A stretch of DNA of 64,000 nt from Torpedo marmorata (Eukaryota): positions 215,884,001 through 215,948,000 of the forward strand of contig OZ360221.1 of NCBI GenBank assembly GCA_977017645.1, written 5' to 3'. The translations under genes were made by a program, and so were the position numbers. Positions 61,957 to 64,000 of this stretch are shown in pieces; position 1 is the stretch's first letter; the number at the start of each line of letters is the position of its first letter. Below the pieces are notes generated by a model. That model made no database searches and was not told where the DNA came from. It saw nothing but the letters and a program-made list of their open reading frames with translations.

Positions 61957-63490
61957 AACATAAGAACATAAGAAATTAGGAACAGGAGTAGGCCAACCGG
62001 CCCATCGAGCCTGCTCCGTCATTCAATAAGATCATGGCTGATCTGATCATTGACCTAACTCCACCGACCTGCCCTTTCCCCATATCCCCTAATTCCTATT
62101 TTATGTAAAAATCTATCCAACTGAACCTTAAATATGTTCAATGAAGCAGCCTCAACCGCTTCCCTGGGTAGAGAATTCCACAAATTCACCACTCTCTGGG
62201 AAAAACTGTTTTTCCTCATCTCTGTCCTAAATCTACTCCCCCGAATCTTGAGGCTGTGTCCCCTAGTTTTGGTCTCACCTGCCAGTGAAAAAAACCTTCC
62301 TACCTCTATTCTATCCATCCCCTTCATAATTCTATATGTTTCTATAAGATCTCCTCTCATTCTTCTGAACTCGAGCGAGTATAATACCAGACGATTTAAT
62401 CTTTCATCATAAGTCAACCCCTTCATCTCAGGGATCAACCGAGTAAACCTCCTCTGGACTGCCTCCAAGGCCAGTATATCCTTCCTCAATTATGGAGACC
62501 AGAACTGCACACAGTACTCCAGGTGCAGTCTCACCAGTACCTTGTACAGTTGCAACATTACCTCCCTGCTCCTGAATTCAATTCCTCTAGCGATGAAGGC
62601 CAACATTCCATTTGCCTTCTTAATAACCTGCTGTACCTGCAACCCAACTTTTTGCGATTCGTGCACAAGCACTCCCAAGTCCTTCTGCACAACAGCATGC
62701 TGCAGTTTTTCACCACTTAAATAATACTCTGCTCTTTTATTTTTCTTGCCAAAGTGGATAACCTCGCACTTACTAACATTGTACTCCATCTGCCAGACTT
62801 TTCCCCACTCACCTAACTTAACTATATCCCTCTGCAGCCTCTCCACATCCTCAGTAAAATTTGCTCTTTCACTCAATTTAGTATCATCCGCAAACTTGGC
62901 TACACCACATTTTGTCCCCTCCTCCAAATCATCAATGTAAATGATGAACAGTTGTGGGCCCAGCACCAACCCCTGCGGCACCCCACTTACCACTGTCTGC
63001 CAATCAGAAAAACACCCATTTATCCCGACTCTCTGCCTCCTTTCAGACAACCAATCCTCAATCCATGCCAATATACTTCCCTGGACTCCATTCACCTGTA
63101 ACTTACTGATAAGTCTCTTGTGCGGCACCTTATCAAACGCTTTCTGGAAATCCAAATATACAACATCAACCTGTTCCCCTCTATCTACCACACCCATTAT
63201 GTCCTCAAAGAACTCTAACAAGTTTGTCAAACAAGATCTGCCCTTCCTAAACCCATGCTGCGTCTGCCTGATTGAACCCTTTCGTTCTAAATGTCTCACT
63301 ATTTCATCCTTAATGACAGCTTCAAGCATTTTCCCAACTACAGACGTTAAGCTAATTGGCCGATAGTTCCCAGTCTTCTGCCTACATCCCTTCTTAAAAA
63401 GTGGCGTGACATTTGCTGTCTTCCAATCTGCCGGGACCTGCCCAGAATCCAGAGAATTTTGGTAAATGACCACCAATGCATCGACTATAA
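61957..63490 (-). mobile_element. CR1 LINE, 5'-truncated, nearly intact RT
   Basis: ORFs 62490..63476 and 62055..62489 (NYRPISLT, DFQKAFDKV, KFADDTK); (TTCTTATG)n tail. Confidence 0.92.
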
Positions 63491-63654
63491 CAATTGGATT
63501 CTAATTTGCCATTGCAGTACTATCTTTATCAGTTTAAAGAGCTTGCTGATTTCTGCCAATGAGAGCTCTTGAAGGATATTTAACTTGCCAGAAGTGGAGA
63601 TTGGGTCAACTTAACCCAGATGATTCCATCAACTTTTTATTTTTGTAAGTATAT

Positions 63655-63904
63655 TTATTTATTTAGACATACAGCACGGTAACAAGCTCTTTCAGCCCAC
63701 GAGCCCGTGCCACCCAATTATACCCAATTGACCTACAACCCCCGGTACGTTTTGAAGGGTGAGAGGAAACCGGAGCCCCCGGGTAAAACCCACGCACTCA
63801 CAGGGAGAACGTATGAACTCCTTACAGGCAGCGCGGGATTCAAACCCCAGTCCCGATCGGAGGCACTGTAACTGTGTTGCGCTAACCGCTGCGCCAACCG
63901 TGCG
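63655..63904 (-). mobile_element. V-SINE/HE1-like SINE
   Basis: Full family consensus. Confidence 0.88.
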
Positions 63905-64000
63905 TAGCATAACTCAATTGTATTTTAGAACAAATGCATCCATTATCAATGTGTCTGTGTTTGTCACAGACTGGCCTGGATAGCAGCAATATTTGGCACT

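Overview
Eukaryotic, repeat-dense vertebrate DNA. The mix of V-SINE/HE1-like tRNA SINEs, CR1, Rex1/Babar, L1, Penelope and Gmr1-type Gypsy elements points to a cartilaginous fish, probably a ray (inference). Most of the window is nested transposable elements. A CpG-island promoter with a putative first exon lies at ~12.9-13.3 kb and a few candidate downstream exons suggest most of the window is intronic to an unidentified + strand gene. Standout observation: a non-autonomous Tc1/mariner (Tc2/pogo-type) DNA transposon at 24207-25909 (TA TSD, TIRs) carries a captured 5' fragment of the sex-determination gene dmrt1 (MPN...SKKSSR-LPKCARCRNHGYVS) fused to a GC-rich minisatellite. Other notable structures: a 19-kb TE nest inside one TSD-bounded L1, an L1-junction-associated multi-kb duplication leaving a solo LTR, an L1 inserted antisense into its own family, and a TSD-flanked Penelope fold-back with a hammerhead-like core. 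All family assignments are by eye; no database search was run.
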